A DNA stretch of 64,000 bases, from the NCBI GenBank assembly GCA_001029795.1, contig CP011216.1, positions 134,903-198,902 of the forward strand, written 5' to 3'. This document shows positions 8,609 to 17,826 of the stretch, piece after piece. The position numbers and the translations under genes were made by a program. This DNA comes from a candidate division Kazan bacterium GW2011_GWA1_50_15 (GTDB lineage Bacteria; Patescibacteriota; Kazan-3B-28). The notes beneath the pieces are model-generated. The model was given only the letters and a program-made list of their open reading frames with translations, had not been told where the DNA came from and did no database searches. Numbering within the stretch: position 1 is the first letter of the stretch; each line of letters opens with the position of its first letter.

Positions 8609-10339
8609 ATGCTAGATAGGGCAACGACATTACAGCTCGAACAACGGTACCGCATAGGGCTAATTAGTACGGCCTTTTTTATTTTGTTCGTGATGGCAGT
8701 AGGCCGTTTGGTGGAACGACAAGTATTTGAACATGGCCACTTTTCTAGATTGGCTAAAGAACAGCATTTGGCCAGTCAGGTGGTCCCGGCTCAGCGAGGC
8801 AAGATATTTACTGAGGAGCGGGATAATGATGAGCTGTACCCGCTGGCGACCAACGTAACCTTGTTCGCGCTAACCGCGGTGCCGTCTCAGGTAACGAGGC
8901 CGGAGTTGGTCGCCAGTAAACTAATGCCCTTTCTGACCGGATCGGGGGTAGAGGAAAGCGAGCTAATAGCTAAACTATCCAGCAAAGCGCAGTACATGCC
9001 TCCCTTGAAACGTAAGATCAGCAAAACTGAGGCCGAGGCTATCGATGCTCTGGATTTGACAGGAGTCTATCTCAGCCAAGAGAAATACCGCTATTCTCCA
9101 GAGGAGACGATGGCTGCACAGGTGCTGGGTTTTGTGAACCGTGATGGTGTGGGGCAGTACGGCTTGGAGGGCTACTTCGATAAAGAGTTGGGCGGGACGG
9201 CCGGTTTCCTCGAAGCAGAGCAAGACACGTTCGGTCGGCAGATCGCTCTAGGTAAACGCGAGTCGGTCAATCCGCAGGACGGTTTGGATATTGTTACCAC
9301 GCTGGACAGGGCGGCGCAGTACTACGTGGATAAGGCGGTTAGAGAAGCGGTGGAGCAACATCAAGCCACCCGAGGGATGGCGATCGTGATGGAGCCCAAA
9401 ACAGGCAAGATCATCGCTATGTCGGCGTATCCAAACTTCGATCCCAACAATTACAACAAGGAAGATATCGCAAGTTTCACCAACCCCAACATCTCGCAGG
9501 TATATGAGCCGGGTTCAGTTTTTAAAGTTATCACCATGGCGGCTGGAATCGATGCGGGGGTGATCGCGCCAAGCACGACTTATACTGACACTGGCCAAGT
9601 TGAGGTGAACGATCGGACGATAAAAAACTCTGAGCCGGGCGCCTTTGGGTCGCAGACTATGACTCAAGTATTGGAAAAGTCGTTGAATACCGGGGCGGTG
9701 TTCGTTATCCAGAAGTTGGGTAAATATCTATTCAATAAATATCTGGGACAGTTTGGGTTCACTACCCCGACCGGAGTGGAGTTGGAAGGCGAGGTGGCCG
9801 CGCATATTAAAAACCCCAAAGGGCTTTCAGATGTGGATTTGGCGACTATGTCGTTTGGGCAAGGTATCGCGGTGACCCCAGTTCAACTGTTGGCTGCCAT
9901 TGGGGCGATCGCTAATGATGGTCGTCTATTGCAGCCTCATATTGTTGATAGGATCCTCTATCCTTCGGGCGCCGTCTCGATCGACCCAACGGTAGTGGGG
10001 CAGGCGATTAGCCCGCAGACGGCTCAGCTAGTTTCGGCGATGATGGTGGGTGTGATCGAGAACGGTCATGGTAAAAGGGCGGGCGTGCCGGGGTATTGGA
10101 TAGCGGGCAAAACCGGTACAGCTCAGATCCCTGGACCGGGTGGGGGCTATCTGGATGGGTTTGGGAATACGATCGGGACTTTTGTAGGGTTCGGTCCGGT
10201 GGATAATCCAAGATTCGTGATGGTCACTCGTATCGATCAACCCAAGGACGTGCAGTTTGCTGAAAGTTCGGCGGCGCCGTTGTTTGGCAGGATCGCTAAG
10301 TTTTTGTTGGACTATTGGCATGTGCCGCCGACAAGGTAA
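8609..10339 (+). CDS. ftsI: Penicillin-binding protein / transpeptidase FtsI (PBP3-like)
   Basis: N-terminal TM anchor, SVFK (SxxK) and KTGTA (KTG) motifs; position in the dcw cluster. Confidence 0.85.
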   Translation: MLDRATTLQLEQRYRIGLISTAFFILFVMAVGRLVERQVFEHGHFSRLAKEQHLASQVVPAQRGKIFTEERDNDELYPLATNVTLFALTAVPSQVTRPELVASKLMPFLTGSGVEESELIAKLSSKAQYMPPLKRKISKTEAEAIDALDLTGVYLSQEKYRYSPEETMAAQVLGFVNRDGVGQYGLEGYFDKELGGTAGFLEAEQDTFGRQIALGKRESVNPQDGLDIVTTLDRAAQYYVDKAVREAVEQHQATRGMAIVMEPKTGKIIAMSAYPNFDPNNYNKEDIASFTNPNISQVYEPGSVFKVITMAAGIDAGVIAPSTTYTDTGQVEVNDRTIKNSEPGAFGSQTMTQVLEKSLNTGAVFVIQKLGKYLFNKYLGQFGFTTPTGVELEGEVAAHIKNPKGLSDVDLATMSFGQGIAVTPVQLLAAIGAIANDGRLLQPHIVDRILYPSGAVSIDPTVVGQAISPQTAQLVSAMMVGVIENGHGKRAGVPGYWIAGKTGTAQIPGPGGGYLDGFGNTIGTFVGFGPVDNPRFVMVTRIDQPKDVQFAESSAAPLFGRIAKFLLDYWHVPPTR

Positions 10340-10342
10340 TTC

Positions 10343-11734
10343 ATGAGGGGAGCACGCGGTATGTTCTCCCCTCATCGGTGGTCAGCAAAAGCTGGCCCTC
10401 GCTCCACTCGGGCTAGCCACCTGCTCCCTACTCCACCTCAGGAGGAGATAGAAGAAACTCTGGTCTGGGGGCGGGTTTTTGCGTATTATGGGAGGGTGAA
10501 AAAGATAGCTCTCAATCTGTTGGTGAGTTTGAGCCGGAGGATCTTGGCCAAGTATCAACCCCGTATCATCGGGGTGACGGGGAGCGTGGGCAAGACCACT
10601 ACCAAAGAAGCCATCTACACCGCTCTGCGCGGGAGCTTTCGCGTGGCGCGGAGTTTGAAAGATGCCAATACCGAATGGGGAGTGACAGCTACGATTATTG
10701 ATCAAGAGTTTTATCCGGTCGGTCGAGATAGTATCGGAAGAGCTAAATTATCGGTCGGTGAACTTATCGGTCTGCTTTATCGGGGGTGCAAGCGATTATT
10801 GGTAAAGGGGGATTATCCCGAGATCCTGATTTTGGAGTTAGCGGCTGAACAAGCGGGTGATATCAAATTTTTTAACCAGTTTTTACAATACGATATCGCG
10901 GTGATTACTAATATCGGTCAGGTGCATTTGGAGTTTTATCGTGACCAGACCGAGCTGACCGCCGAGAAACTAAGCATCGCTGACGGATTAAAACCTAGCG
11001 GGCTGATGGTGTTGAACGGCGACAATGAATTACTAACTGAATTTATTACTACAACTCGGTTGCGGCGAACAACTTTCGGTTGGGATGAAGCCAATCAATA
11101 TAATATCCACTTACGGGATATTGGCGTTGATGGTTTGCGGTATGAAGTTAATACGCCCGATGGCGGCGTGGAGGTGGTGTTGGGATTTGGCCGACAGCTG
11201 GTCGATGCCGCTGCTGTTGCCGTGGCGGTGGGTCGGGAGTTGGGTATACCTCTGGCGCAGTTGGGTCAGCGGTTGACAGGTTTGGCTTCGCCAGCTGGCC
11301 GGTTTGAGATGTGGCAGCTCCGACGCGGGATAACTTTGGTCAATGATGCCTACAACGCTAATCCTGACTCGATGAAGTCAGCCCTGACTAGTTTGCAGGA
11401 CATCGCCTCAGTCTCGCCCCCAGGGGCTACACGTAGAAGAGTGGCGATCCTGGGCGGGATGAGAGAGTTGGGGTTGGCGCACGAGACGGCCCATCTTGAT
11501 GTCGGTCGATTCCTGCGCGACAAAGTGGATCTACTGGTGGCAGTGGGGGCTGATGGCGGGCTGATGGCGGACGCCGCTGGCTTGTCGGCCGATCAAGTTG
11601 TTCAGGTAGATGATCCGAGCCAAGTAGATTTTTCCAAATTTTTGCAGGATAATGATGCCGTGTTAGTCAAAGCCTCGCGCAGTTTTGGTTTGGATGTTGT
11701 GGCACAAGCAATTCGGCAGAGGATAGGACAATAG
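10343..11734 (+). CDS. murF: UDP-MurNAc-pentapeptide synthetase MurF (true start probably downstream of the ORF start)
   Basis: GVTGSVGKTTTKE P-loop, Mur ligase middle and C-terminal domains (LVKASRSFGL). The first ~35 residues of the ORF look non-native. Confidence 0.7.
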   Translation: MRGARGMFSPHRWSAKAGPRSTRASHLLPTPPQEEIEETLVWGRVFAYYGRVKKIALNLLVSLSRRILAKYQPRIIGVTGSVGKTTTKEAIYTALRGSFRVARSLKDANTEWGVTATIIDQEFYPVGRDSIGRAKLSVGELIGLLYRGCKRLLVKGDYPEILILELAAEQAGDIKFFNQFLQYDIAVITNIGQVHLEFYRDQTELTAEKLSIADGLKPSGLMVLNGDNELLTEFITTTRLRRTTFGWDEANQYNIHLRDIGVDGLRYEVNTPDGGVEVVLGFGRQLVDAAAVAVAVGRELGIPLAQLGQRLTGLASPAGRFEMWQLRRGITLVNDAYNANPDSMKSALTSLQDIASVSPPGATRRRVAILGGMRELGLAHETAHLDVGRFLRDKVDLLVAVGADGGLMADAAGLSADQVVQVDDPSQVDFSKFLQDNDAVLVKASRSFGLDVVAQAIRQRIGQ

Positions 11735-12766
11735 ATGGAAGAACTGCTGCTACAAGTTGTTTTGCTGAGAGTTTTTATCCTGGCGGCGCTGGGTTTCTTT
11801 GTGGCTATTTTAGCTACGCCGTTTTGGACTAACTTTTTGTATAAATACAAATTTTGGAAACAGCCTAAAGAAGAAACCATCTATGGGACCCAAGCGACGG
11901 TCTACCAACAGCTACATGCCGAGAAACATAAACGGCTAGTGCCGACTATGGCTGGCGTATTGTTCTGGGTGCTCGTCGTGTTACTGTCCTTAAGGTTTAA
12001 TTTGACCCGCTCGCAGACCTATTTGCCGCTCTTCTCGCTGGTCGCGGTCGGGGTGATCGGAGCGGTCGATGACTGGTTTAATATCCGCGGCATTGGCGGG
12101 ATCAAGGGGATTCGGGCTCGGCAGAAGATGGTTTGGCTGCTTGCCATGGCGGGTCTGGGGGCTTGGTGGTTTTACTTTAAATTAGGGCAGAACAGTATTC
12201 ATCTGCCAGGAGTAGGGGACTTCCTTGTGGGATGGTGGTATATCCCGATCTTTATATTTATCATTCTGGCAACCGCTAACGCGTTCAATATTACTGATGG
12301 GTTGGATGGTCTATCCGGCGGGCTGTTCATTATTGCTTACGGCGCTTATGGCATTTTGGCGATGGCCAATAACCAGATCAGTCTTGCTATCTTCTGTACC
12401 ACGGTGGTAGGGGTATTGTTAGCCTATCTTTGGTTTAATGTTTACCCGGCAAGATTTTTTGGCGGCGACACATATTCGTTAGCCTTTGGAGCTACTCTAG
12501 GAGTCGTGGCTTTGATGATCAGTAATGGCATCGGTTTGGCCGTGTTGCCCCTAATAGCGTTCGTTCCGCTCGTTGAAACGCTGTCGGTCATCCTGCAGCT
12601 GACCTACCGCAAGATCTATAAAAGGAAATTGTTTTTAGTCGCTCCGATCCATCATCACTTCGAAGCCATTGGTTGGCCGGAAACAAAAGTAACTATGCGG
12701 TTTTGGATCATTGGGGCGGTGTTCGCGGTGATCGGGTTGGTGATAGGATTAGTCGGCGCAGGGTAA
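11735..12766 (+). CDS. mraY: Phospho-N-acetylmuramoyl-pentapeptide transferase MraY
   Basis: Polytopic membrane protein with NITDGLDGLSGG and the HHHFE motif. Confidence 0.85.
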   Translation: MEELLLQVVLLRVFILAALGFFVAILATPFWTNFLYKYKFWKQPKEETIYGTQATVYQQLHAEKHKRLVPTMAGVLFWVLVVLLSLRFNLTRSQTYLPLFSLVAVGVIGAVDDWFNIRGIGGIKGIRARQKMVWLLAMAGLGAWWFYFKLGQNSIHLPGVGDFLVGWWYIPIFIFIILATANAFNITDGLDGLSGGLFIIAYGAYGILAMANNQISLAIFCTTVVGVLLAYLWFNVYPARFFGGDTYSLAFGATLGVVALMISNGIGLAVLPLIAFVPLVETLSVILQLTYRKIYKRKLFLVAPIHHHFEAIGWPETKVTMRFWIIGAVFAVIGLVIGLVGAG

Positions 12767-12772
12767 TTTTTT

Positions 12773-13046
12773 GTAGCGCCTGCGTCGCGCTACACCGACG
12801 GTTACTTTCCTCTTGGGGAAAGTAACCAAAGCCGCTCCGCCAGTCGCTCTGGCTGTGAATAGAAAGCAAAACTAGCTTTCTGGCTTTCGGCGAACTTCTC
12901 CTCGCTGACTCGTTGTCAAACAACGCCTGCGCTGCGCTAGTTTTGCTAATTCACAACGCCAGATCTCCAATGGCGGAAGGGGAGAGGGGAAGGGACGTAG
13001 TTTGCTCGATGGGGGTGGAGGTAGACGACTCTTCGCTGAAGGGCCG
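12773..13046 (+). repeat. Mosaic intergenic repeat family 1, copy A
   Basis: Hairpin 1 is gtagcgc/gcgctac (12773-12793). Hairpin 2 (ggttactttcc-tcttgg-ggaaagtaacc, 12800-12827) is identical to the one at 58553-58580. The body is a diverged relative of copies B and C and ends in ctgaagggccg. Confidence 0.65.
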
Positions 13047-13057
13047 ATTACTTCTAG

Positions 13058-13088
13058 CCCATAATTCTTGATTCATAATTCGTTATTC
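13058..13088 (+). promoter_or_regulatory. AT-rich CATAATTC-N6-CATAATTC motif, copy 1
   Basis: cccataattcttgattcataattcgttattc; three further copies lie upstream of ftsW and ybaB and, inverted, upstream of murC. Confidence 0.4.
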
Positions 13089-13167
13089 TATTCTCCAGAT
13101 GCTTGTTCGATTGACCTAGAGCGGATTTTTTGGTATACCAGGATTATCTTGGACCTTGAGGTGATAG

Positions 13168-13380
13168 ATGTCACAAGCGAAGTGCGAGGTCGAAGGTTGC
13201 CGGTCAAGGGCAAACCGGAGCTGTGTAAAGTGCGGACGTCGAGTTTGTCCCGAGCATATGGCGATCTCCGAAGGTAGGCATATTGAAGTGTGTGATGTGT
13301 GCGTGCAAGGCGCATCTGGAGTACAAGCTAAACCGCCAGATCGGCGCCACAGAGATCAACGAGGAGGTGATCGACGTTGA
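13168..13380 (+). CDS. Small Cys-rich zinc-ribbon-like protein
   Basis: 70 aa with CEVEGC...CVKCGRRVCPEH...CDVC; strong SD (gaggtga) upstream. The stop overlaps the next ORF's TTG start. Confidence 0.35.
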   Translation: MSQAKCEVEGCRSRANRSCVKCGRRVCPEHMAISEGRHIEVCDVCVQGASGVQAKPPDRRHRDQRGGDRR

Positions 13381-13958
13381 AGTGGTTTAAGTTGAGTGTG
13401 GCAGTGTTGTTATGGATGATCGTCCCAGCGTTGGCACGGGCTCAATTAGAACCGAGCAAGCACCTGGAAGGGTATCTTGGCTATCGTTTCGGGATGGTCC
13501 CGACTCAGATCCAAGATATTGCCGCAGGCCGGCTGGTTCGGGATGTACACAGCGGTCTATCTGAAGTAGTGGACTACATGACCGACCAGGGTCGTCTGAC
13601 TAGTCCAGACGGTAGCGTAAAGGACCTCCCGGTCGGTCTGTGTCTATCATTCTACCGAGGTCGCTTAGCTGGCATTACGATCCAGATACCCGAACAGACA
13701 GACCTAGCAGCGGCAACTAGGCTAGTGGGGGCGCTCAGAACAAGCTTACTCGCGTATTACGATGCCTCGCTAGTCCAGCGTGACGATTGGCTGCCCGATC
13801 GACACCAAGCAGTTATTATGCTATACGACTCGGCGAACGGGAACGCGTTTTGGCTGTTGTGGGATAAGGAGACCGTTCTGGTTTGTTCTATGACGGGTGA
13901 GTTGATCATGCTCGATCCGGAATGCCAGGATCTCTTACCGGAGGATCCAGCGAATTGA
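13377..13958 (+). CDS. Secreted hypothetical protein
   Basis: N-terminal signal peptide (MKWFKLSVAVLLWMIVPALARAQ); no recognisable domain. Confidence 0.4.
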   Translation: MKWFKLSVAVLLWMIVPALARAQLEPSKHLEGYLGYRFGMVPTQIQDIAAGRLVRDVHSGLSEVVDYMTDQGRLTSPDGSVKDLPVGLCLSFYRGRLAGITIQIPEQTDLAAATRLVGALRTSLLAYYDASLVQRDDWLPDRHQAVIMLYDSANGNAFWLLWDKETVLVCSMTGELIMLDPECQDLLPEDPAN

Positions 13959-13977
13959 CATCGATCGAGACCGAACA

Positions 13978-14673
13978 TTGAATCGCTCTGCTACTATGGC
14001 GGAGCGATTTTTATTATTCCAAGATGTCACCGAGGTTTATTGTACAATGGGTGCGAGGGGGGAAGTGCACCTTCTTAATTTGACAGAGGCGGTGGCAGCT
14101 GTGGCAAAACCAGGAGAGATTTGGAGCCAGGAAGCCGACCTGCGCTTAGATTTCATGCATGAGATAGGCATCAGACCAGCCAAGATGCCCGAGCTGTTGC
14201 GATGGAGTCTGGGGGTTCGAGTAACTCGCCGTCAGGTTGAGCTCAGGATCAAAAAGCTCAGGCAGGCGCCGCCGGCATCTCCAAGTATCACTAGCGGGAT
14301 GTTAGCGCTGGTCCCAGAGAACATTCCCGATAGTGTGATCAAGAGCGCGCGTCGGCAGTGCCGTTTGCGGCACAGCGGCCGATGTATGGTCTGTGGGACA
14401 AAAAGGAACTTTACGGTTCACCACAAGGTTCCGTTAACTTACGGCGGCAGTTGGGCGCAGGAGAACTTGGATGGAGTCTGTGAACATTGCCACAAGGCCA
14501 TCCACAACATTAACGGCGCTTACGAGGAACTGGAGAGTGAAGCGCAACGTCAGCGGGTGGACGGCTACAGAACTATTATCGAGAACGCCCGCAAGCTGTA
14601 TCGGCAGCAGTGTCCGGTAAAATCACCTTTGGAGATACCTGGCCCAGTAACCGCTCAGCCGGTTCAGGCCTAG
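13978..14673 (+). CDS. HNH endonuclease domain protein (unknown N-domain)
   Basis: C-terminal CMVCGTKRNFTVHHKVPLTYGGSWAQENLDGVCEHCHKAIHN is a canonical HNH/His-Me finger. Confidence 0.6.
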   Translation: MNRSATMAERFLLFQDVTEVYCTMGARGEVHLLNLTEAVAAVAKPGEIWSQEADLRLDFMHEIGIRPAKMPELLRWSLGVRVTRRQVELRIKKLRQAPPASPSITSGMLALVPENIPDSVIKSARRQCRLRHSGRCMVCGTKRNFTVHHKVPLTYGGSWAQENLDGVCEHCHKAIHNINGAYEELESEAQRQRVDGYRTIIENARKLYRQQCPVKSPLEIPGPVTAQPVQA

Positions 14674-14764
14674 GCCGTCATGAGGGAGCTTATCAGCTCC
14701 CTTTTTTATAGGGAGAGACTAGGGATGTTAAGATATAGAAGCTAGATCGTTAATCGTAAGTTAT

Positions 14765-15187
14765 ATGAAAACAGCTATCTGGATCTTGGTTTTAGCGGTT
14801 GTAGTGGTCGGGGGCGCGTATCTTGTTGATAGGTCTCAACAACCAGCGCAACCAAATGAACAGAGTTTAATTAGTGTACAAGTTGATCAGCCAGCGCCTA
14901 ACGCCACCGTTGTAAGTCCGTTGGCAGTCTCTGGGCAAGCGGTCGGGGGTTGGTATTTTGAAGCATCTTTCCCCGTGGAGCTTTTGAATAGCTCCAACCA
15001 GGTGATCGCCACCACCACAGCTCAGGCCCAAAGCGATTGGATGACTACCAATTTGGTGCCGTTCACGGCCACCCTAACGTTCCCCGCGCAGACAACTGGC
15101 AGTTCGGGGACGCTGGTGTTGAGGAAGGATAATCCTTCCGGTGAACCGCAGAATGACGATTCGTTCTCGGTCCCGATCGTGTTTTAG
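14765..15187 (+). CDS. Secreted hypothetical protein
   Basis: Signal/TM anchor, then a Ser/Thr/Gln-rich extracytoplasmic region. Confidence 0.4.
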   Translation: MKTAIWILVLAVVVVGGAYLVDRSQQPAQPNEQSLISVQVDQPAPNATVVSPLAVSGQAVGGWYFEASFPVELLNSSNQVIATTTAQAQSDWMTTNLVPFTATLTFPAQTTGSSGTLVLRKDNPSGEPQNDDSFSVPIVF

Positions 15188-15211
15188 TCTTATATTAGTA
15201 AGTTCGCGCAA

Positions 15212-15700
15212 ATGAAATATCTCTATTGGTTGATTGGACTAGTTATCTTGGTTGGAGTAGGTTGGTTAGCCTACCAGGCGGCGCCTAGGCCGGTGGAGGA
15301 GCCGACCACACAAAAAGTATTTGTGTACTATACCTTGCTGACCGAAACCGACATGGACTTGGTAGCAGTGGAGCGCGAGGTGCCAGTGAATGACAATAAA
15401 AATGTTTTGGCGTTAGAGGCCCTGCGAGAGCTGGTGAAAGGCCCGACCGACGCGGAACAGACCCAAGGCATCTACTCGTCGTTTAATGACGGAACCGAGG
15501 TGAATAGCGTGGCGCTGGCTGACGGGGTGGCCATAATCGATTTTAATGAAACTTTCGATACCCCGATGGGCGGGAGCGCGCGAGTGCGCGCCATTTCTCA
15601 GACGCTCTTAAAAACCGTTCAGCAGTTCGATCAGGCCACCGAGTACACACTTGGACTGACCGTGAACAATGGCGAGCGAGACGCGGTGTTGGAACCCTAG
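15212..15700 (+). CDS. GerMN-domain (sporulation/germination-like) lipoprotein-like protein
   Basis: TM anchor followed by a GerMN-like segment (VFVYYTLLTE...ALEALRELVKGPTDAE...VAIIDFNETF). Confidence 0.5.
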   Translation: MKYLYWLIGLVILVGVGWLAYQAAPRPVEEPTTQKVFVYYTLLTETDMDLVAVEREVPVNDNKNVLALEALRELVKGPTDAEQTQGIYSSFNDGTEVNSVALADGVAIIDFNETFDTPMGGSARVRAISQTLLKTVQQFDQATEYTLGLTVNNGERDAVLEP

Positions 15701-15766
15701 GGCAGTGAAAAGTTACAAGTGACAGGTGACAAGTTATGGTGACCTTCGGTTCCCCGGGACTCATCT

Positions 15767-16333
15767 CTACTGCAGGCGCTTTGCGACCGTTGACCAGTCG
15801 ATGACGTTCATGAACGCGGTGATATAGTCGGTGCGGTTGGTGTTGTAGTCGAGCATAAAGGCGTGCTCGAAGATATCGAGGTTGAGCAGGACTACGCAGC
15901 CAGCCAGATGGCCGAGATCGTGTTCGTTGACGAAAATATTAAACAATCGGTTGGCCGTTGGGTCGTAGTAGAGAATGGCCCAACCAATACCGCGTATCAT
16001 AGCAGTGGCTTTAAAATCTGTCTCCCAATTTTCATAGGAACCGAAATCCTCGGTGATTTTTTGGTGCAGGGGCGAACCTGGGTCAAGTGCAGCCGGTGAT
16101 TTACTTAAACCACCGAAATAGTATTCATGCAGGCGCATCCCATTGAACTCCCACCCGAATCTCCGTTTGAGTTCAGCGTACTCGGGCTGGTCTGGGGCTG
16201 TGGTTTTCAACTTGTCGGCCAATTTATTGGTATTGGCAACATAGCCCTGATACAACTTAAAGTGGGTGTTAAGAGCGTTATCCGAAAACCCGGGTAGCTC
16301 CAACGATTGCGAGAAATCTTTAGCTTCATACAT
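15767..16333 (-). CDS. sodA: Fe/Mn superoxide dismutase
   Basis: NTHFKLYQGYVANTNKL ... DIFEHAFMLDYNTNRTDYI (matching the D-x-W-E-H-A-Y-Y region) and the metal-ligand histidines. Confidence 0.85.
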   Translation of the reverse strand: MYEAKDFSQSLELPGFSDNALNTHFKLYQGYVANTNKLADKLKTTAPDQPEYAELKRRFGWEFNGMRLHEYYFGGLSKSPAALDPGSPLHQKITEDFGSYENWETDFKATAMIRGIGWAILYYDPTANRLFNIFVNEHDLGHLAGCVVLLNLDIFEHAFMLDYNTNRTDYITAFMNVIDWSTVAKRLQ

Positions 16334-16406
16334 ATCAACATCCTTTATATTAGTTGTTCCATTCTACAGGAGATAAACGAATCCTTAAAGGCTGTATAAT
16401 CAGAGT

Positions 16407-17780
16407 ATGGCTAAAGTTAGGTTCCAGGGTAAAAAAACAGCAGTAATCGGCCTCGGACGTGAAGGGATCGAGTTGGTCAGGTGGCTGCGGCGTCAGGGAG
16501 CACTGGTGACCGTCTTGGACCGAGTTCCGGCCAGCAAACTGGGGGTGCAGTACAAAGAGGCTAAACATTTGGGCGCGGAGTTTCGCTTGGGTGACCAATA
16601 TTTGAGTAACCTCACTGATTTCGAAGTGGTTTTCCGCAGCCCCGGGGTGCCGCTGCAGTTAATAGAATTTAAGCGAGCTATCAAAGCCGGAGTAGCGTTC
16701 TCGAGTACTATCCAATTATTTTTGGAGCTGGCGCCGGCGCGGATCATCGGGGTGACAGGGACGAAGGGAAAATCTACTACGACCAGTTTGATCCATCATC
16801 TACTGAAGGGTGGCCAGCGGTGGGTATTTTTGGCCGGGAATATCGGGACCTCACCCCTGCCCCTGCTCACTAAGATTAAATCGGGCGATACGGTGGTACT
16901 GGAGCTGTCGAGTTTTCAGCTGGAGGATCTGACGAGAAGCCCCGATATCGCAGTGATGCTGAATGTTGTGCCGGAACACCTGGACCGGCACAAAACTTTT
17001 AGTAAATATTTGGCGGCCAAACAAAATATTTATACGCATCAAGGTAAGGCGGATTGGTTAATCGCCAGCTATGATTTTGTGCCGACCAAGGAGGCATTGA
17101 GGCGGGCGCGTGGCAAAACTTTGCCGATTTCGACCCGGCAGATCCTGCGTAAAGGCGTGTATCTCTCTAAAGGCGAAATAGTTTATCGGCACTGGCGGAG
17201 CGGTCGGCGGCAGGTGATCACCTCCGCTACCGGTCTGAAACTGATGGGGGAACATAATCTTCAAAATGTGTTGCCGGCGATCGCGACCGCCTTGGTTAGT
17301 AATGTGCCGGTTAAAACCATCGCCAAGAAACTGCGCAGCTTCAAACCCCTCAAGCATCGCATCGAGCTGGTGCGACGGATTGGCGATGTCAGTTTTATCA
17401 ATGATTCGTTGGGGACTACGCCGGAGGCGGCCGCGGCCGCTATCTTGGCGTTCCCCAACTTGCCCAAAGCTATCATTGTCGGCGGAGTGTACAAGGGCGG
17501 TGATATCAGCGCGTTGGCCAAAACCGCGGCCACCGGCAATGTGCGGATGGCAGTATTGATCGGTGGTTCCGCTAAAAAATTTCAGGCGGCGTTCAAACGG
17601 TTTGCTCCCAAAGTTTCCACTAAACTGGCTAAGACATTTCCACAGGCGGTCAAGGAAGCCATCGCGGCGGTGCGGACTCACGGGTTGGTGATGCTGACTC
17701 CGGCCTGCGCCAGTTTTGATATGTTCAAAGACGCGTATGATAGGGGTGACCAATTTAAAAAAATAGTTAATCACTTGTAG
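16407..17780 (+). CDS. murD: UDP-N-acetylmuramoylalanine--D-glutamate ligase MurD
   Basis: VIGLGREG Rossmann N-terminus, GVTGTKGKSTTT P-loop and Mur ligase C-domain. Confidence 0.8.
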   Translation: MAKVRFQGKKTAVIGLGREGIELVRWLRRQGALVTVLDRVPASKLGVQYKEAKHLGAEFRLGDQYLSNLTDFEVVFRSPGVPLQLIEFKRAIKAGVAFSSTIQLFLELAPARIIGVTGTKGKSTTTSLIHHLLKGGQRWVFLAGNIGTSPLPLLTKIKSGDTVVLELSSFQLEDLTRSPDIAVMLNVVPEHLDRHKTFSKYLAAKQNIYTHQGKADWLIASYDFVPTKEALRRARGKTLPISTRQILRKGVYLSKGEIVYRHWRSGRRQVITSATGLKLMGEHNLQNVLPAIATALVSNVPVKTIAKKLRSFKPLKHRIELVRRIGDVSFINDSLGTTPEAAAAAILAFPNLPKAIIVGGVYKGGDISALAKTAATGNVRMAVLIGGSAKKFQAAFKRFAPKVSTKLAKTFPQAVKEAIAAVRTHGLVMLTPACASFDMFKDAYDRGDQFKKIVNHL

Positions 17781-17787
17781 TCAGTTG

Positions 17788-17817
17788 TCCATTATTCGTG
17801 ATTCATAATTCATTATT
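17788..17817 (+). promoter_or_regulatory. AT-rich CATAATTC-N6-CATAATTC motif, copy 2 (10 bp upstream of ftsW)
   Basis: ccattattcgtgattcataattcattattc. Confidence 0.4.
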
Positions 17818-17826
17818 CTAGCTCTA

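Noticed and set aside
12708-12923. Minus-strand ORFs at 12708-12923 and 58419-58613 that share the peptide GFGYFPQEESN
   Set aside because: The shared peptide is just the translation of the conserved hairpin 2 of the family-1 repeat. These are not genes.
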